In this document: positions 45,047 through 56,842 of the stretch, piece after piece
Layout: the number at the start of each line of letters is the position of its first letter
How positions within the stretch are numbered: the first letter of the stretch is position 1
NCBI RefSeq assembly: GCF_003334305.1
Contig: NZ_QOWS01000017.1
DNA length: 64,000 nt
From: Escherichia coli
GTDB lineage: Bacteria; Pseudomonadota; Gammaproteobacteria; Enterobacterales; Enterobacteriaceae
Strand: one strand, 5' to 3'
Notes under the pieces: model-generated
What the model was told of the DNA's origin: nothing
What the model saw: only the letters and a program-made list of their open reading frames with translations
Database searches by the model: none
Translations under genes and position numbers: made by a program

Positions 45047-45760
45047 ATGGCGACCGCCGGGATTTTAACCATACGTGCAGCAAATACTCCAGAACAACAC
45101 GTTCAGGCTGTTTACAAAGCAGAACAAGATATAAATTCTACAAAAAACGAAAATAGCAAAGCTAATAAAACAAAAGGAGAGAACGGATTTGCTATTGTTA
45201 CCAGTGGCTTGGCATCTTCTGGCAATGACGTTTATGAAAATTATATGGCCCTGGCCTTTGACAGTGTAGACGATGTGAACGTGAGACGTTCGGCAGATGT
45301 CACAAGCTACCCCGTAGAAAATGGTGCTACTGTGTCTGATCACGTTCAAATTAAAAACAATAAGTTTTCTCTTAAAGGAAGGATCACTGAAACACCGATT
45401 AAAAGCGATCCTGGCTTGTTAAAGAGTGCAGGGGTGAACGGGAACAGAAGATCATTAGCCATAGACTACTTGAATCAGATTATGGACAGTAGACAGCCTT
45501 TTCTTCTTGTTACAGAAAATAAAACTTTTGAGAACGTTGTTTTAACAGGCATCGAATACACAGAAGAGGCAAGCGAATCCCTGGTATTTGATCTTAGCTT
45601 TGAGCAGATCAGATTAGTTTCTTATGGCACTGTATCCACTATTGCACTTAAAACACAACCATCTAAGAACATCGGGGCGAATATGAAAAAACGTGTTAAC
45701 ACTGAAAAATCAAGTAGTGAAGGTGAAGACACTATTACTCCTGCCTTTAAGCAGAAATAG
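45047..45760 (+). CDS. hypothetical protein (possible virion structural protein)
   Basis: 237-aa ORF. Confidence 0.5.
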   Translation: MATAGILTIRAANTPEQHVQAVYKAEQDINSTKNENSKANKTKGENGFAIVTSGLASSGNDVYENYMALAFDSVDDVNVRRSADVTSYPVENGATVSDHVQIKNNKFSLKGRITETPIKSDPGLLKSAGVNGNRRSLAIDYLNQIMDSRQPFLLVTENKTFENVVLTGIEYTEEASESLVFDLSFEQIRLVSYGTVSTIALKTQPSKNIGANMKKRVNTEKSSSEGEDTITPAFKQK

Positions 45761-45801
45761 CCGTAAACGCCTCTAAAACGCTCTGTAACGATGTAATTAT
45801 A

Positions 45802-45838
45802 AAAGAGGCTGCCAATCTATGTTGAAGCCTCTTTATTG
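45802..45838. terminator. bidirectional intrinsic terminator between the structural-like genes and the convergent integrase
   Basis: Stem aaagaggct / agcctcttt with flanking A/T runs. Confidence 0.55.
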
Positions 45839-45841
45839 TGT

Positions 45842-47206
45842 TTATGGCGTTGTTTTACGCCTTAAATTTGATTTTTTATTGATTGATAAGCCTTTCTCTA
45901 TTTCAGGGTAGCGTAGAAGCTCAATATAGTTTTTAAGCTCTACTGGAGAAGCTGCATTCTTGCTATATGTGCGGAATGTCTCTGTATTGCCGCGTGTATG
46001 GCCCAGGAGAAGGGCGATCCTGTCTTCTGGAATTTGATTTCGATCAAGAAGCTGTGCTACTCCGTGTCTCAGAGAATGAAACACTTTCCTTTCTGTTCCC
46101 TTTTCCCCTAAAGCCTTTCGTTTAGCTCTTGTAAATCTCTGCGTGTGCCACGTGGAACGTTTACCATCAGCACGCTCTGTAATGCTGGCGTGATAGAACA
46201 AAAAGCCATTATGAGGCTTTTCACGCAGCGACAACACCAACGGAGTGATAAGGCTATGTACAGGCACAACACGTGCCGCAGCTTTCGTTTTTCCCTGTGT
46301 GATTTCAAAACACAGCACACCTTCGATCTCTTTCACATCGTCTATTGTGAGACTTGCTATCTCATTGATCCGCATACCTGTATATAAACCGATAAGACAC
46401 AAAGCCATCATTTCTTTGTTTTCTGCTGAATTACCGGAAAATACTTGCAACACCTGCAATAGCTCTTTGTTAGAAAATGCCTCGTAGCTCTCTCTACTTT
46501 GTGCCACATCAAGCCTATGCCCTCGCCAGGGGGAGAGCGCCCTTTCTGGCGCATCGTGGTAACGTGATGAAGCTAACTCCCATAGCTGGGCTATTGGGCT
46601 GATATAATTTGCAATTGATTGTTGTGAAAGAGTTTTTTGCATGTGTTCTATCCAGCCTGTAACAGTGGTGCGGCTCACATCTTGCAATGCAATATCAGGC
46701 TTTTTACGGTAGGAGAGAAACATCTCTACCGCTTTTCTTGCCTTAGCTAAAGTGGCTGGCTTCTTCTTCGTGCTGTTAATTGTCAGGTAGATTTCAAGAA
46801 TTTTAAGCAATGACGGACACGAAGACGCTGTATCTTGCATTCTGGTAGCTGTTTTGGCGTATTTAGCCTTACTGCGTAACAGCTCCAGCGTGTTCTCTAT
46901 TGTGCTGTTTACAGGGGCGACACTCTCCCGTAGGCAATGGTATTCATCTGCAATCTGATCACGCTTTCTACGTGCAACACGAAGATTATTTGTGTGTAGA
47001 CTTCTGACAAACGTCCTTTTTCCTTCAAAAAAGGGCTGCATATACACAGGCAGCGTGATCCTTAAATAGTAGTTACCGTAAGAATCACAGATTAAGTATT
47101 GGTTAGGCTTGTATCTCATAAAATCTCCGGCTAAAGTGTCGGAGCGTTTGTAATGTGAAAATTGATTGTAACGCATAGAAAATGATAATTTTTCTATAAG
47201 ATTCAA
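45842..47206 (-). CDS. tyrosine integrase (intF-position integrase)
   Basis: 454-aa ORF; catalytic signature …GMRINE…HSLRHG…GHTRGNTETFRTYSK; sits beside the degenerate att copy. Confidence 0.85.
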   Translation of the reverse strand: MNLIEKLSFSMRYNQFSHYKRSDTLAGDFMRYKPNQYLICDSYGNYYLRITLPVYMQPFFEGKRTFVRSLHTNNLRVARRKRDQIADEYHCLRESVAPVNSTIENTLELLRSKAKYAKTATRMQDTASSCPSLLKILEIYLTINSTKKKPATLAKARKAVEMFLSYRKKPDIALQDVSRTTVTGWIEHMQKTLSQQSIANYISPIAQLWELASSRYHDAPERALSPWRGHRLDVAQSRESYEAFSNKELLQVLQVFSGNSAENKEMMALCLIGLYTGMRINEIASLTIDDVKEIEGVLCFEITQGKTKAAARVVPVHSLITPLVLSLREKPHNGFLFYHASITERADGKRSTWHTQRFTRAKRKALGEKGTERKVFHSLRHGVAQLLDRNQIPEDRIALLLGHTRGNTETFRTYSKNAASPVELKNYIELLRYPEIEKGLSINKKSNLRRKTTP

Positions 47207-47260
47207 TCAATTAGTAATGGTCGTAGGTGATGGCATTAACACGAGATTAATCGAGTGTTT

Positions 47261-47280
47261 TACTCCTATTATCGCACCAT
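47261..47280. repeat. att core, copy 3 (degenerate, 19/20): actcctattatcgcaccatt
   Basis: One-base deletion relative to copies 1 and 2. Confidence 0.6.
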
Positions 47281-47405
47281 TAAAATCAAAGAGTTACCCC
47301 ATATTTAAATACACCACGTTTCCTCCTGTGCCGCATTTGTGCCATTGTAACCTTGGCAATTCATCAAAATACTGTTCTGACATCAGGCAGTGCAGGTGCA
47401 GCTAT

Positions 47406-47740
47406 TTAAACCAATTGCTGCCGCCATTCTTTGACGTAGTCAATCAGGGCGCGGAGCTTTGGTGCAATATTGCGACGCTGTGGGAAATACAGATAGAAGC
47501 CCGGAAATTGTGGAAGAAAGTCATCAAGCAGCGATACAAGCTTACCGCTTTCAATATATGGCCTGAAAGTTTCCTGAGTGGCAATTGTTATTCCTCCGCC
47601 GGCAAGAGCCAGCCTCAACATCAGACGCAGATCATTAGTCGTAATCTGCGGTTCAATCGCAAGGTCGAAAGTTCTCCCGTTTTCTTCAAATGGCCAGCGA
47701 TAAGGCGCAACCTCCGGGGACTGACGCCAGCCGATACACT
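47406..47740 (-). pseudogene. yagP: LysR-family regulator fragment (substrate-binding domain only)
   Basis: C-terminal LysR-like sequence without an HTH domain; corresponds to the K-12 yagP fragment. Confidence 0.5.
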
Positions 47741-47794
47741 TATGGGTATTTCCCCCGGAGGCGAGAAAGCGCTCTCCACGCCCGGCCGCAAGGA

Positions 47795-48751
47795 TCAGGA
47801 CGACGGGGGCAGGCATGAATCCTCCTCCTGATGGAGACGTACAGAGGCGACTTCTGCCAGCACGGAGAGTGCCAGAGTATGCGCATCCCGGGCTTTGGGG
47901 AATATCCCGACGGGTGCCCGGATTTGCGTTGTTTCCTCCCTGGACCATCCCAGCTCGTGGAGCTTTTGCAGACGTAACGTGTGGGTTCGATAGCTGCCCA
48001 ATGCGCCGAGATAAAAGGGTTTTGCTTCTCGCGCGGCCTGCAACACTGGCAGCTCCCGGTTGAGATCATGGCACAGCAAAATGACCGCCGTATCGGTATC
48101 GATCTGAGCGCTGGCTGAGGCCGGAAAAAGATCGAAGATATGGCTGTCATAGCCTGTGGCTGCTGCAAGACTCGCAGTTGCCTGCGCCTCAAGAGAACGT
48201 CCGTAAATCATCAGCCTGACGCATGGCCTGAACCCCACCTCAAAGCCATTGAGATTCCAGCCCGTTCGGGTTTGCGTGGGCAGGCACACCAGCGATTGTG
48301 CTTGCGGATCGTAGCGCAGCCCCGCCGGTTTTCTCTGTTCCAGACGGTTCAGCACGGCGAGCAGAGGCTGTGCCGAGCGTAGTTTATGGAGCGTCAGCGT
48401 GATCCCACCGCCGCAGGGCAGAACGATGTCAAACCACGGCGAACCTTCGCCATAGCGAATTTCGCGATCGCGGCCTGAGCCCATCATCTCCAGCGCTTCA
48501 AAAGCGGCAGCGGCCTCCACGCAGCCGCCAGAGACAAAACCGCAGTAACGACCATCTTCGCGAACCACCATCTGCGCCCCGAGCGGGCGCGCTGCGCCGC
48601 CGCGTATCTCCACCAGCGTCACCAGCACCGCTCCTTTACCGGACATTAGCGCCTCTACGGCGAAGCGCAGAATGGTCCGGTGGTCATCGGTGAGAAACGC
48701 CTGCTCTGGCTTATGCCAGTGTTCGTCTTTATCAAAAAGCGGGTATGACAT
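47795..48751 (-). CDS. paoD: molybdenum cofactor insertion chaperone (XdhC family)
   Basis: 318-aa ORF matching yagQ/paoD. Confidence 0.85.
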   Translation of the reverse strand: MSYPLFDKDEHWHKPEQAFLTDDHRTILRFAVEALMSGKGAVLVTLVEIRGGAARPLGAQMVVREDGRYCGFVSGGCVEAAAAFEALEMMGSGRDREIRYGEGSPWFDIVLPCGGGITLTLHKLRSAQPLLAVLNRLEQRKPAGLRYDPQAQSLVCLPTQTRTGWNLNGFEVGFRPCVRLMIYGRSLEAQATASLAAATGYDSHIFDLFPASASAQIDTDTAVILLCHDLNRELPVLQAAREAKPFYLGALGSYRTHTLRLQKLHELGWSREETTQIRAPVGIFPKARDAHTLALSVLAEVASVRLHQEEDSCLPPSS

Positions 48752-48760
48752 TGTTTCTCC

Positions 48761-50959
48761 TTAAACCACATCCGGCAGCTTATCGAGCAGCTTATCCAGA
48801 GTGATGGGATAATCCCGTACCCGAATACCGGTGGCGTTATACACCGCGTTGGCGATAGCCGCGCTCACGCCGCACAGGCCCAGCTCACCGACACCTTTGG
48901 CCTTCATCGGGGAGGATATGGGGTCGGTATCATCCAGGAAAATCACCTCCTGTTTTGGGATATCCGCATGGACCGGCACCTCATACCCCGCCATATCGTG
49001 ATTAACGAAGTAGCCCAAACGGTCATCCACCGCCAGCTCCTCCATCAGTGCCGCGCCCATGCCCATAGTCATTGCGCCAATGACCTGGCTGCGCGCAGTT
49101 TTCGGATTCAGGATGCGTCCTGCAGCACACACAGCGAGCATACGCCGGACCCGAACTTCTCCCGTCGCGCTATGCACGCCGACCTCCACAAAATGCCCGG
49201 CAAAGGTCGACTGCTGGTACTCTTTGCTCAGTGTTCCGAATTCAATGCTCTCTTCCGCTGTCAGTCTGCCGCCTGCGGTGGCTTCATGTAGCGTGGCGCT
49301 TCGGGTACCGTTGGTAATCTTGCCGTCGGCAAACTGCGACTGCTCAGGATCAAACCCGACTGCCGAGGCAATCATTTCGCGAAGCTTCATACAGGCGGCG
49401 TAAACGCCGGAGGTGGAGGTATTCGCGCCCCATTGTCCACCAGAACCCGCAGAAACCGGGAAACTGGAATCGCCGAGGTGAACCGCAACCTGCTCCAGCG
49501 GTACGCCAAGCATTTCCGCTGCCGTCTGGGCCAGAATGGTGTAGCTGCCGGTGCCAATGTCGGTCATGTCCGTTTCTACGGTAACGGTGCCGTTTTGTTC
49601 GAGGTGAACCCGAGCACCCGATTTTTCCAGCAGATTATTGCGAAAGCCCGCCGCAACACCGTGGCCGACTAGCCACTCCCCGTCGCGCACCTGTCCGGGT
49701 GTGGCGTTGCGCTGCTTCCAGCCAAATTTATCCGCTCCGGTGCGCAAGCACTCGATAAGCTGACGGCGAGAGAAGCAGCGCGTCGGGTCGGCGGGGTCAA
49801 CCTGAGTGTCATTCAGGATGCGAAACTCGACGGGATCGATGCCCGCTTTTTCCGCCAGTTCGTCGATCGCGATTTCGAGCGCCATCAGACCGGGGGCTTC
49901 GCCGGGCGCACGCATGGCGTTCCCTTCCGGCAAATCAAGCGTGGCGAGCCGCAGGCCGGTATGACGATTCGCCCCGGCGTAGAGTAATTCGCTTTGCTGT
50001 ACCGCCGTTTCCGGCGTGCCGCCGGGCAGGTTTCCAGACCAGCTTTCATGTGAGATAGCGGTGATTTTCCCGCTCTGGTCGGCACCGATACGCAAGTGCT
50101 GAAGGGTGGCGGGGCGGTGCGTGGTGTTATTGGGAATAGAGGGGCGGGGGAGCATCACTTTAACCGGACGTTTCACCGCTCGGGCGGCGAGGGCCGCCAG
50201 CAGCGCATCGCTTCTCAGGAACAGCTTGCCGCCAAACCCTCCGCCGATATACGGGGAGATAATACGCACATTCTCCACGGGAACTTTCAGCGTTTTTGCC
50301 AGATCGGTGCGGCACCAGTCAATCATCTGATTTGAGGTCCAGAGGGTAAGCTTATTTCCATCCCAGACGGCCATCGAGGCATGCGGCTCCATCGCCATAT
50401 GGCTCTGGTCCGGGGTCGTGTAGGTAGCATCAATCTTCACCGCAGCGGAGGTGAAAGCCCCGTCAAAGTCACCGACGTTTTTGTCGGGCGTGTCTTCCGG
50501 CGGCTGATTGACGGCCTGTTTTTCGTCCGCCAGGGGGTAAGCTCCTTTATTACGGCGATAGTGTGCCTGCACCAGCGAGGCCGCCGCTCGCGCCTGTTCG
50601 AAGGTCTCGGCCACTACCAGCGCAATGGCCTGATGATAGTGCTCAATAGTGGGGCCGCCTAACAGCCTGGCGGTGTTTTTGTCGCCTTTGCCGAGTGCCC
50701 CGGCGTTACTGGCGGTAATGACAGCCAGTACGCCCGGCGCTTTTTGCGCGGCGTCCGTATCAAGGGCGGTGAGGCGTCCTTTGGCAATGGCGGAACCGAC
50801 GATATAGCCATAGGCGGCGTTGGGGGCCTCTTCATGCCATTCGTAGGCGTAGCGTGCCGTGCCGGTAGTTTTCAGCGGTCCGTCGATGCGGTCATGGGGA
50901 CGACCGACAACCTTCAGCTGATCGATCGGGTTTTCCCCTGCGGGTTTATCAAATTTCAT
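48761..50959 (-). CDS. paoC: periplasmic aldehyde oxidoreductase, molybdopterin-binding subunit
   Basis: 732-aa ORF matching yagR/paoC. Confidence 0.9.
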   Translation of the reverse strand: MKFDKPAGENPIDQLKVVGRPHDRIDGPLKTTGTARYAYEWHEEAPNAAYGYIVGSAIAKGRLTALDTDAAQKAPGVLAVITASNAGALGKGDKNTARLLGGPTIEHYHQAIALVVAETFEQARAAASLVQAHYRRNKGAYPLADEKQAVNQPPEDTPDKNVGDFDGAFTSAAVKIDATYTTPDQSHMAMEPHASMAVWDGNKLTLWTSNQMIDWCRTDLAKTLKVPVENVRIISPYIGGGFGGKLFLRSDALLAALAARAVKRPVKVMLPRPSIPNNTTHRPATLQHLRIGADQSGKITAISHESWSGNLPGGTPETAVQQSELLYAGANRHTGLRLATLDLPEGNAMRAPGEAPGLMALEIAIDELAEKAGIDPVEFRILNDTQVDPADPTRCFSRRQLIECLRTGADKFGWKQRNATPGQVRDGEWLVGHGVAAGFRNNLLEKSGARVHLEQNGTVTVETDMTDIGTGSYTILAQTAAEMLGVPLEQVAVHLGDSSFPVSAGSGGQWGANTSTSGVYAACMKLREMIASAVGFDPEQSQFADGKITNGTRSATLHEATAGGRLTAEESIEFGTLSKEYQQSTFAGHFVEVGVHSATGEVRVRRMLAVCAAGRILNPKTARSQVIGAMTMGMGAALMEELAVDDRLGYFVNHDMAGYEVPVHADIPKQEVIFLDDTDPISSPMKAKGVGELGLCGVSAAIANAVYNATGIRVRDYPITLDKLLDKLPDVV

Positions 50960-51912
50960 GCCTGTGCCCTCGCTTCAGCCAGTACGGAGGCAAGCGTTCG
51001 CTTCGCCAACAGGAGTTTAAAGGTGTTTTCAGCGGTGGGATGGGCGCTGGCGAACAGCGTGTCATATACGGCCTGCGCCCCCTGGGATAGCTGAGCATCC
51101 GCAGCCTCAATGCGCCAGGGCTTATGTGCTACTCCGCCCAGCGCGACGCGCCCGCTGCCGTCAGGCTGAATAATCGCCGCGACCGATACCAGGGCAAAGG
51201 CGTAGGAGGCGCGATCGCGCACCTTACGGTAGATATGTTTTCCGCCGAGCGGTGGAGGTAACGTCACCGCAACGATAAGCTCACCGGGAAGCAGGGCGGT
51301 TTCAATGTGCGGCGTTTTCCCCGGTGGGTGATAAAAATCAGCCAGTGTGATACTGCGAGTCTTTCCCTCCGGCGTGATGGTTTCCACCACCGCATCCAGC
51401 AACCGCATTGCGACCGCCATATCGCTCGGATGGGTGGCTATGCAGGCTTCACTTACGCCTACCACCGCGTGCTGACGGCTAAAGCCTTCAAGCGCCGCGC
51501 AGCCGCTCCCGGGCAGGCGCTTATTGCAGGGCTGATTGGTGTCGTAAAAATAGGGGCAGCGCGTGCGCTGGAGCAGATTACCTGCGGTGGTTGCCTGATT
51601 ACGTAACTGACCAGATGCGCCAGCGAGCAGGGCGCGGGAGAGTACCGCGTAATCACGACGCACGCGCTCGTGAGCCGCCAGGTCGGTGTTCCGTACCAGT
51701 GCGCCGATGCGCAGCCCACCCGCGTCGGTCACTTCAATCTTATCGAGCCCGAGGCCGTTCACATCGATAAGGTGGGTGGGCGTTTCAATTTCCAGCTTCA
51801 TCAGGTCCAGCAGATTGGTCCCGCCCGCGATAAATTTTGCGCCGGGTACGCGCTGAGCGCTAAGTGCCGCCTCGGCTGGGGTGTTCACTCGTTCATAGGT
51901 AAACGCCTTCAT
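50956..51912 (-). CDS. paoB: aldehyde oxidoreductase FAD-binding subunit
   Basis: 318-aa ORF matching yagS/paoB. Confidence 0.9.
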   Translation of the reverse strand: MKAFTYERVNTPAEAALSAQRVPGAKFIAGGTNLLDLMKLEIETPTHLIDVNGLGLDKIEVTDAGGLRIGALVRNTDLAAHERVRRDYAVLSRALLAGASGQLRNQATTAGNLLQRTRCPYFYDTNQPCNKRLPGSGCAALEGFSRQHAVVGVSEACIATHPSDMAVAMRLLDAVVETITPEGKTRSITLADFYHPPGKTPHIETALLPGELIVAVTLPPPLGGKHIYRKVRDRASYAFALVSVAAIIQPDGSGRVALGGVAHKPWRIEAADAQLSQGAQAVYDTLFASAHPTAENTFKLLLAKRTLASVLAEARAQA

Positions 51913-52598
51913 GATTTTATCTCCCCCGCAGCATCTTCAATGGCGGCAAGGATGTTAGCGTATGCACCACAGCGACAGATGTTGCCGCTCATACGTTCAC
52001 GGATCTCATCGGCAGTTGTTTCTGGAGCGGAAACCAAATCGACCGTGACGTGACTGGGAATGCCGTCCTGAATCTCTTTTAGCACCGCTACTGATGAGCA
52101 AATTTGCCCGGAGGTGCAGTAGCCGCACTGGAAGCCATCATGCTTGATAAAGGCCGCCTGCATGGGGTGAAGATTATCTGGCGAACCCAGGCCTTCAATG
52201 GTGGTGATCTCGGCCCCCTGATGCATGACTGCAAGCGTCAGGCAGGCATTAAGCCTGCGACCATTGACCAGCACGGTACAGGCTCCGCACTGTCCGTGAT
52301 CGCAACCTTTCTTGGTACCGATCAAATGCAGATTTTCACGCAAAGCGTCCAGTAGCGTGGTTCGGGTATCCACCTCAAGCTGCTCGGTTTTGCCGTTCAC
52401 CTTCAGTGTCAGGGGCATTATCTCTGGCGCGGGTGTAGCTGCCGGAACGCTTGCCGCCAGCGTAGAATGAGGATAAACCACGGCGGTCGCCGCTGTTGCG
52501 GCGCTCACTTTAATCAGATCGCGACGGGTCAAACTTAAATCGTGCGGCTCGTGCTTCCCAACCCGATTATCTTCGGGGTATTCGCCTTGGTTGCTCAT
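51909..52598 (-). CDS. paoA: aldehyde oxidoreductase 2Fe-2S subunit with Tat signal
   Basis: 229-aa ORF; RRDLIK twin-arginine motif; 2Fe-2S cysteine motifs. Confidence 0.9.
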   Translation of the reverse strand: MSNQGEYPEDNRVGKHEPHDLSLTRRDLIKVSAATAATAVVYPHSTLAASVPAATPAPEIMPLTLKVNGKTEQLEVDTRTTLLDALRENLHLIGTKKGCDHGQCGACTVLVNGRRLNACLTLAVMHQGAEITTIEGLGSPDNLHPMQAAFIKHDGFQCGYCTSGQICSSVAVLKEIQDGIPSHVTVDLVSAPETTADEIRERMSGNICRCGAYANILAAIEDAAGEIKS

Positions 52599-53015
52599 AC
52601 CAGGCCTCCGGTATTCTAAAGGGGAAAATAAGAGTGCGTTGCGAGAGTGCTGATGCTTTTTTAAATGTTAAGCATAGTCGGCGACAGCAGGAGGATTATT
52701 CTTAAAACGCGAATGCAGCTATGAGCCCGGCTAATAAATTCATGTTCGCCGGGATGTTGATGATGATGGGAGCTGGTTTATTGCTTTAGTTGTACGATGC
52801 AAAAACCAATAAGGAAACCTGTGATTTTCAGCTCTGCATCACCCTGCAAATCTCTGTCACTTCTAATATAAAAATAGGGAGAAATGATGGAGCTTATATT
52901 CATTGGCGATTAGGAAACCATCTTGTTATACAAAACAATACAGTTCTTTACATTTGCCTTGTTTTATGAATACTCCTGAAGAGGTGTATAACATAATGGT
53001 ACAAGCAGGGTAGAT

Positions 53016-53630
53016 ATGAATATATTTGAACAAACTCCACCGAACCGCAGACGTTATGGTCTTGCTGCATTCATTGGGCTGATTGCTGGCGTTGTTTCCG
53101 CATTCGTGAAGTGGGGGGCTGAAGTTCCATTGCCGCCACGTAGCCCGGTGGATATGTTTAATGCAGCGTGTGGCCCGGAATCATTAATCAGGGCTGCAGG
53201 CCAAATTGATTGCTCGCGTAATTTTCTCAATCCACCGTATATTTTTCTTCGAGACTGGTTGGGGCTGACAGATCCCAATGCGGCTGTTTATACCTTTGCC
53301 GGGCATGTCTTTAACTGGGTTGGTGTTACGCACATTATCTTTTCGATAGTGTTTGCTGTCGGTTATTGTGTGGTCGCTGAAGTATTTCCAAAAATTAAAC
53401 TCTGGCAGGGCTTACTGGCAGGTGCTTTAGCCCAACTTTTTGTTCATATGATTTCATTCCCTCTCATGGGACTGACGCCACCTCTGTTTGATCTCCCGTG
53501 GTATGAGAATGTTTCTGAAATTTTTGGACATTTAGTCTGGTTCTGGTCTATTGAAATTATTCGCAGAGATTTACGAAACAGAATTACTCATGAGCCAGAC
53601 CCTGAGATCCCTTTAGGCTCAAACAGATAA
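53016..53630 (+). CDS. yagU: inner membrane protein YagU (DUF1440)
   Basis: 204-aa ORF matching YagU. Confidence 0.85.
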
Positions 53631-53877
53631 TGCATTGAATGATAAAAATGGCGCAAATACAGCGCCATTTTTATAGGTTAAAAACATTGCTTTTTATATT
53701 CTGATGCAGATAGTCAGTGAGTATATCGCGCTACTTCAGGATGATGTAGATCCGAAGAACGCTACAGAAGAGAGGCATTGTTGCTGGCAAATAGAAGAAG
53801 TATCGGGTTTTGTTACCCCTGAAAAACGAAGCCCCGCTATTATCGCTGGCGGGGCATTGCAATTAATTATTGTATGT

Positions 53878-54207
53878 TTATAACGGTGTCAGCCCGTATT
53901 TAGCCCTTGCACGATTGCAAGCCTCATTGACGACTCCGTTCTCACCAGACATGGCGAATTCTCTGCATGTGGACGATCGATTTTTATATATCGTGCAGCA
54001 GGCATTTTTGCCCGGGGTTCCTGCAAGGGCAATACATCGGGGGTTTTTCTGATTGGTACCGCTCATGCATCGGTGAAAAGGGGATATTTGTTCAGTGAGC
54101 CTGGCGGGAATAGTACCGCCAGCATCGTCGGCTTCGGCCCAGTAAAAAGAGACGCGGAAAAATGCACAACAGGCACCACACGTCATGCATGGATTCAGAT
54201 TGCTCAT
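53878..54207 (-). CDS. ykgJ: Cys-rich YkgJ-family protein
   Basis: 109-aa ORF with CxxCxxCC motif. Confidence 0.8.
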
Positions 54208-54519
54208 AATTCACCAGTACAGCTAAAAATCGTAAAGAGAACAGCGGTACATCGTATGTAAGAACGTACCGCGGTTGGCTGGGGAACTTTCGATAGTGTG
54301 AGTATTGAATGATTTCCAGCCGTTACCGATTTTACGTACTAATTCGTGATTAAACCACTCGTTAGCAGGCTGCCTGATACCTTTCCGTGTCTCCTGAACA
54401 CTATGGTGTGCATATGAGAAAGCCCATCGTTACAGGTGATATTGACGATCGCTTCCACATCATTTAAACGATTTTTGGGGCTCTGAGGTGGAATTCTTCC
54501 CTCGACCGATGGATAAGTC

Positions 54520-55230
54520 TTAGTCCGCCGAAGGGGGCTTAGCCGGACAGGAATCGCTAATCTTAATGAATTTGTCGTTATAGACCAGATAATGATTCCC
54601 CGGCTGACGTAACTCAGGCTGATGAACCACGTCTCCCGGACGTAGATACCAGGCATCGCCTTCCTCTTCGGTCGAATCACATCCTGGCTTAATCAGTAGC
54701 TTAAACCATGTGTTGCCAGTGTTACTTACCGTTCCTGTCACCTTGTCGAAGGACCATTTAAACTGAACCTGACGTGGTCGTACTACCAGAATGGTATCCA
54801 TCACCACCACCGGCTCCGTGCTGACCTCGCCGCCGGTTGGGCTACGTCTTGTCTGGTTACGAGTGGGGACTTCGCGAAATGAGACCCGGTAGTAGCGCTC
54901 GCGGTTATCCCGTGGACCATGATAGTAAAATTTAAAATACTCGCTCTCACCAGCCTGCAACGCCAGTTGGCGGGGGGCGAAAAGCAGTTCACCATCCACC
55001 GGTCGGGTGCGCAATTCACTGCTGCCCGGGCTATCAATAGCACTGATGGCAATACGGTATATCCGTGCGCTTTTGTTGTTATTCACTACACGTTTGCTGA
55101 CAAAGTCAGTCTCGGACGGCAGCGAAAATGTCAGATTGCCGACCGAAATCGCCTGTGTCAAAGGTGCCGCCAGCATACAGACCGCTGTCAGCAGGGCTTT
55201 AGTTAATGTTACGCCACGTCGCCTGAACAT
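54520..55230 (-). CDS. ecpE: E. coli common pilus chaperone EcpE
   Basis: ORF 54520-55275; start placed at MFRRRGV... (236 aa). Confidence 0.8.
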   Translation of the reverse strand: MFRRRGVTLTKALLTAVCMLAAPLTQAISVGNLTFSLPSETDFVSKRVVNNNKSARIYRIAISAIDSPGSSELRTRPVDGELLFAPRQLALQAGESEYFKFYYHGPRDNRERYYRVSFREVPTRNQTRRSPTGGEVSTEPVVVMDTILVVRPRQVQFKWSFDKVTGTVSNTGNTWFKLLIKPGCDSTEEEGDAWYLRPGDVVHQPELRQPGNHYLVYNDKFIKISDSCPAKPPSAD

Positions 55231-56842
55231 GAATCTCTCCTGAAGCGCTGACTTCGCCAAACCAGCCGTTATCATCTACCGTACGCAGCGAAATGGCGTT
55301 ATCCATTGGAATCGAAAATTTGACTGTGGTCTTATCCATCTGCCCCACTTCGCCAGAGATATCAGTCCACGGTGTGGTCAACCACAGCGCATCGGTCATA
55401 TCCCGCCAGCTATCATCGCACCCGGCATCGTAGGTTTTTGTAGCTCCGTTGCGGGTAATAAAGGAAAGTGTCGCCGGGAACGGTACTTTCGCCTTACCGT
55501 CATCGGAGCTGAAGACACAATAGGAGCGCCCGCCAATCACCTGCGCGGGTCCGGTCACCTTGATCAGCACTTCGTCGGCAGCTGTTTTACCGCTGGTGGT
55601 TACGATATAGCCGAAATCGAGTGCCGACTCGCCGCTGCCAACATATCCCTCCCGCGACGGTGTCTGAGTATATTCATCGGAGATAATACTGATGCTGAAA
55701 TCACGGGGTTTGATAATCAGCGTGTTGGAGGTAGAAAATTCATACCAGCCAGACTCCGGTGATGTGGTGTTCTGAAAGCGAAAGTTGAATAGATCTTTGG
55801 TGTTGATATCGCTGATCCCGAGGTTCACCATCTGCTTAAAGAAGTTGCTCGAGAAGAAAACATAGATCGAGTCTGCGCTCTTCATCTCGTTGAAGGTGTA
55901 GTAATAGGCGGTATTGCTCACCGGTTTCCATGAACTGCCATTCAGACTGAACTGCATATCGTACGCCCCGACGGCCGAGGCTAACGACGAGTTGGCGATC
56001 GCCGGGAATATATGGATTGAGGTGTTGCTGAGTCCGTTTGTTTGCAGGGTATAGTTGACCATCTTACAACTTAATCCTGAAAGGCTGCCGATGGTCTGTG
56101 TCCGGCAGTCGGCGTTCCCTTCGCCCAGAGTCGGTACTCCGTCGCTGTTGATAAATACCTCCGCCAGCGAGTGGGTATTTATTAACCGCAGATTTGCTGC
56201 TTTCGTATGGGTGACGTTGCGAACATACCAGTTGCCGGTGGCCTGATCCTTACAGCGTGCGCCGCTGCTGGCGTCATAGTTCACAGAGGTCTGGCAGGCA
56301 TTGATGGTCATTGTAAAGCTGCTGCCGACGGGCATTTGTTGCAGATACTGGTAAAACGCGTCTGACAACATGCCGTGCATCCACTTCGCGCCGCCGCTGG
56401 TCACCGTCGCGCCATAAAATCCACTGGCGTCGGTGGTTTGCGGCAGGATAAGACTGGTGGTCATATTACACCCAGCGTACCAGTTGATGCAGCGCAAGCC
56501 AGTTAAAGGAGATGAAACTGGTGAATTTTCCAGCCACATATCAAACTTCCAGTTGGTATAAAGGCCGGTGTTGTAACCGTTATCAATGTAGCCGAGGCTT
56601 TGCTGATAGATGGTTCCTGAACCAGTGTATTTTAAACCGGTCCAGCGGTTGGCACCGGTCAGGCGCGGATCCAGCGCCCCGCCAGGAGTGACGAAAAAGT
56701 TGTCGTCTGAGTTGTTTTCGACAAACACAAACTCGCGTGCCGGTGCATCCGCCCAGGTTGTTTTGCTCACTGCCGCTCTGAGCTCAGTTACTGGCCAGAT
56801 TAGCGCGAAAATTATCATCGTTATTAGTAGGTTAACTCTCAT
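55199..56842 (-). CDS. ecpD: E. coli common pilus tip adhesin EcpD
   Basis: 547-aa ORF with signal peptide. Confidence 0.85.
   Translation of the reverse strand: MRVNLLITMIIFALIWPVTELRAAVSKTTWADAPAREFVFVENNSDDNFFVTPGGALDPRLTGANRWTGLKYTGSGTIYQQSLGYIDNGYNTGLYTNWKFDMWLENSPVSSPLTGLRCINWYAGCNMTTSLILPQTTDASGFYGATVTSGGAKWMHGMLSDAFYQYLQQMPVGSSFTMTINACQTSVNYDASSGARCKDQATGNWYVRNVTHTKAANLRLINTHSLAEVFINSDGVPTLGEGNADCRTQTIGSLSGLSCKMVNYTLQTNGLSNTSIHIFPAIANSSLASAVGAYDMQFSLNGSSWKPVSNTAYYYTFNEMKSADSIYVFFSSNFFKQMVNLGISDINTKDLFNFRFQNTTSPESGWYEFSTSNTLIIKPRDFSISIISDEYTQTPSREGYVGSGESALDFGYIVTTSGKTAADEVLIKVTGPAQVIGGRSYCVFSSDDGKAKVPFPATLSFITRNGATKTYDAGCDDSWRDMTDALWLTTPWTDISGEVGQMDKTTVKFSIPMDNAISLRTVDDNGWFGEVSASGEIHVQATWRNIN

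Larger units (their letters stand above)
35206..47260. mobile_element. second tandem integrative element of about 12 kb (CP4-6-position element; candidate novel satellite or cryptic prophage remnant)
   Basis: Bounded by att copies 2 and 3; visibly AT-rich; tyrosine integrase at the distal end; genes mostly unrecognisable. Confidence 0.6.

Noticed and set aside
47217-47831. 204-aa plus-strand ORF spanning the degenerate att site and the yagP fragment
   Set aside because: Crosses an element boundary and lies antisense to the LysR-fragment frame; likely spurious.
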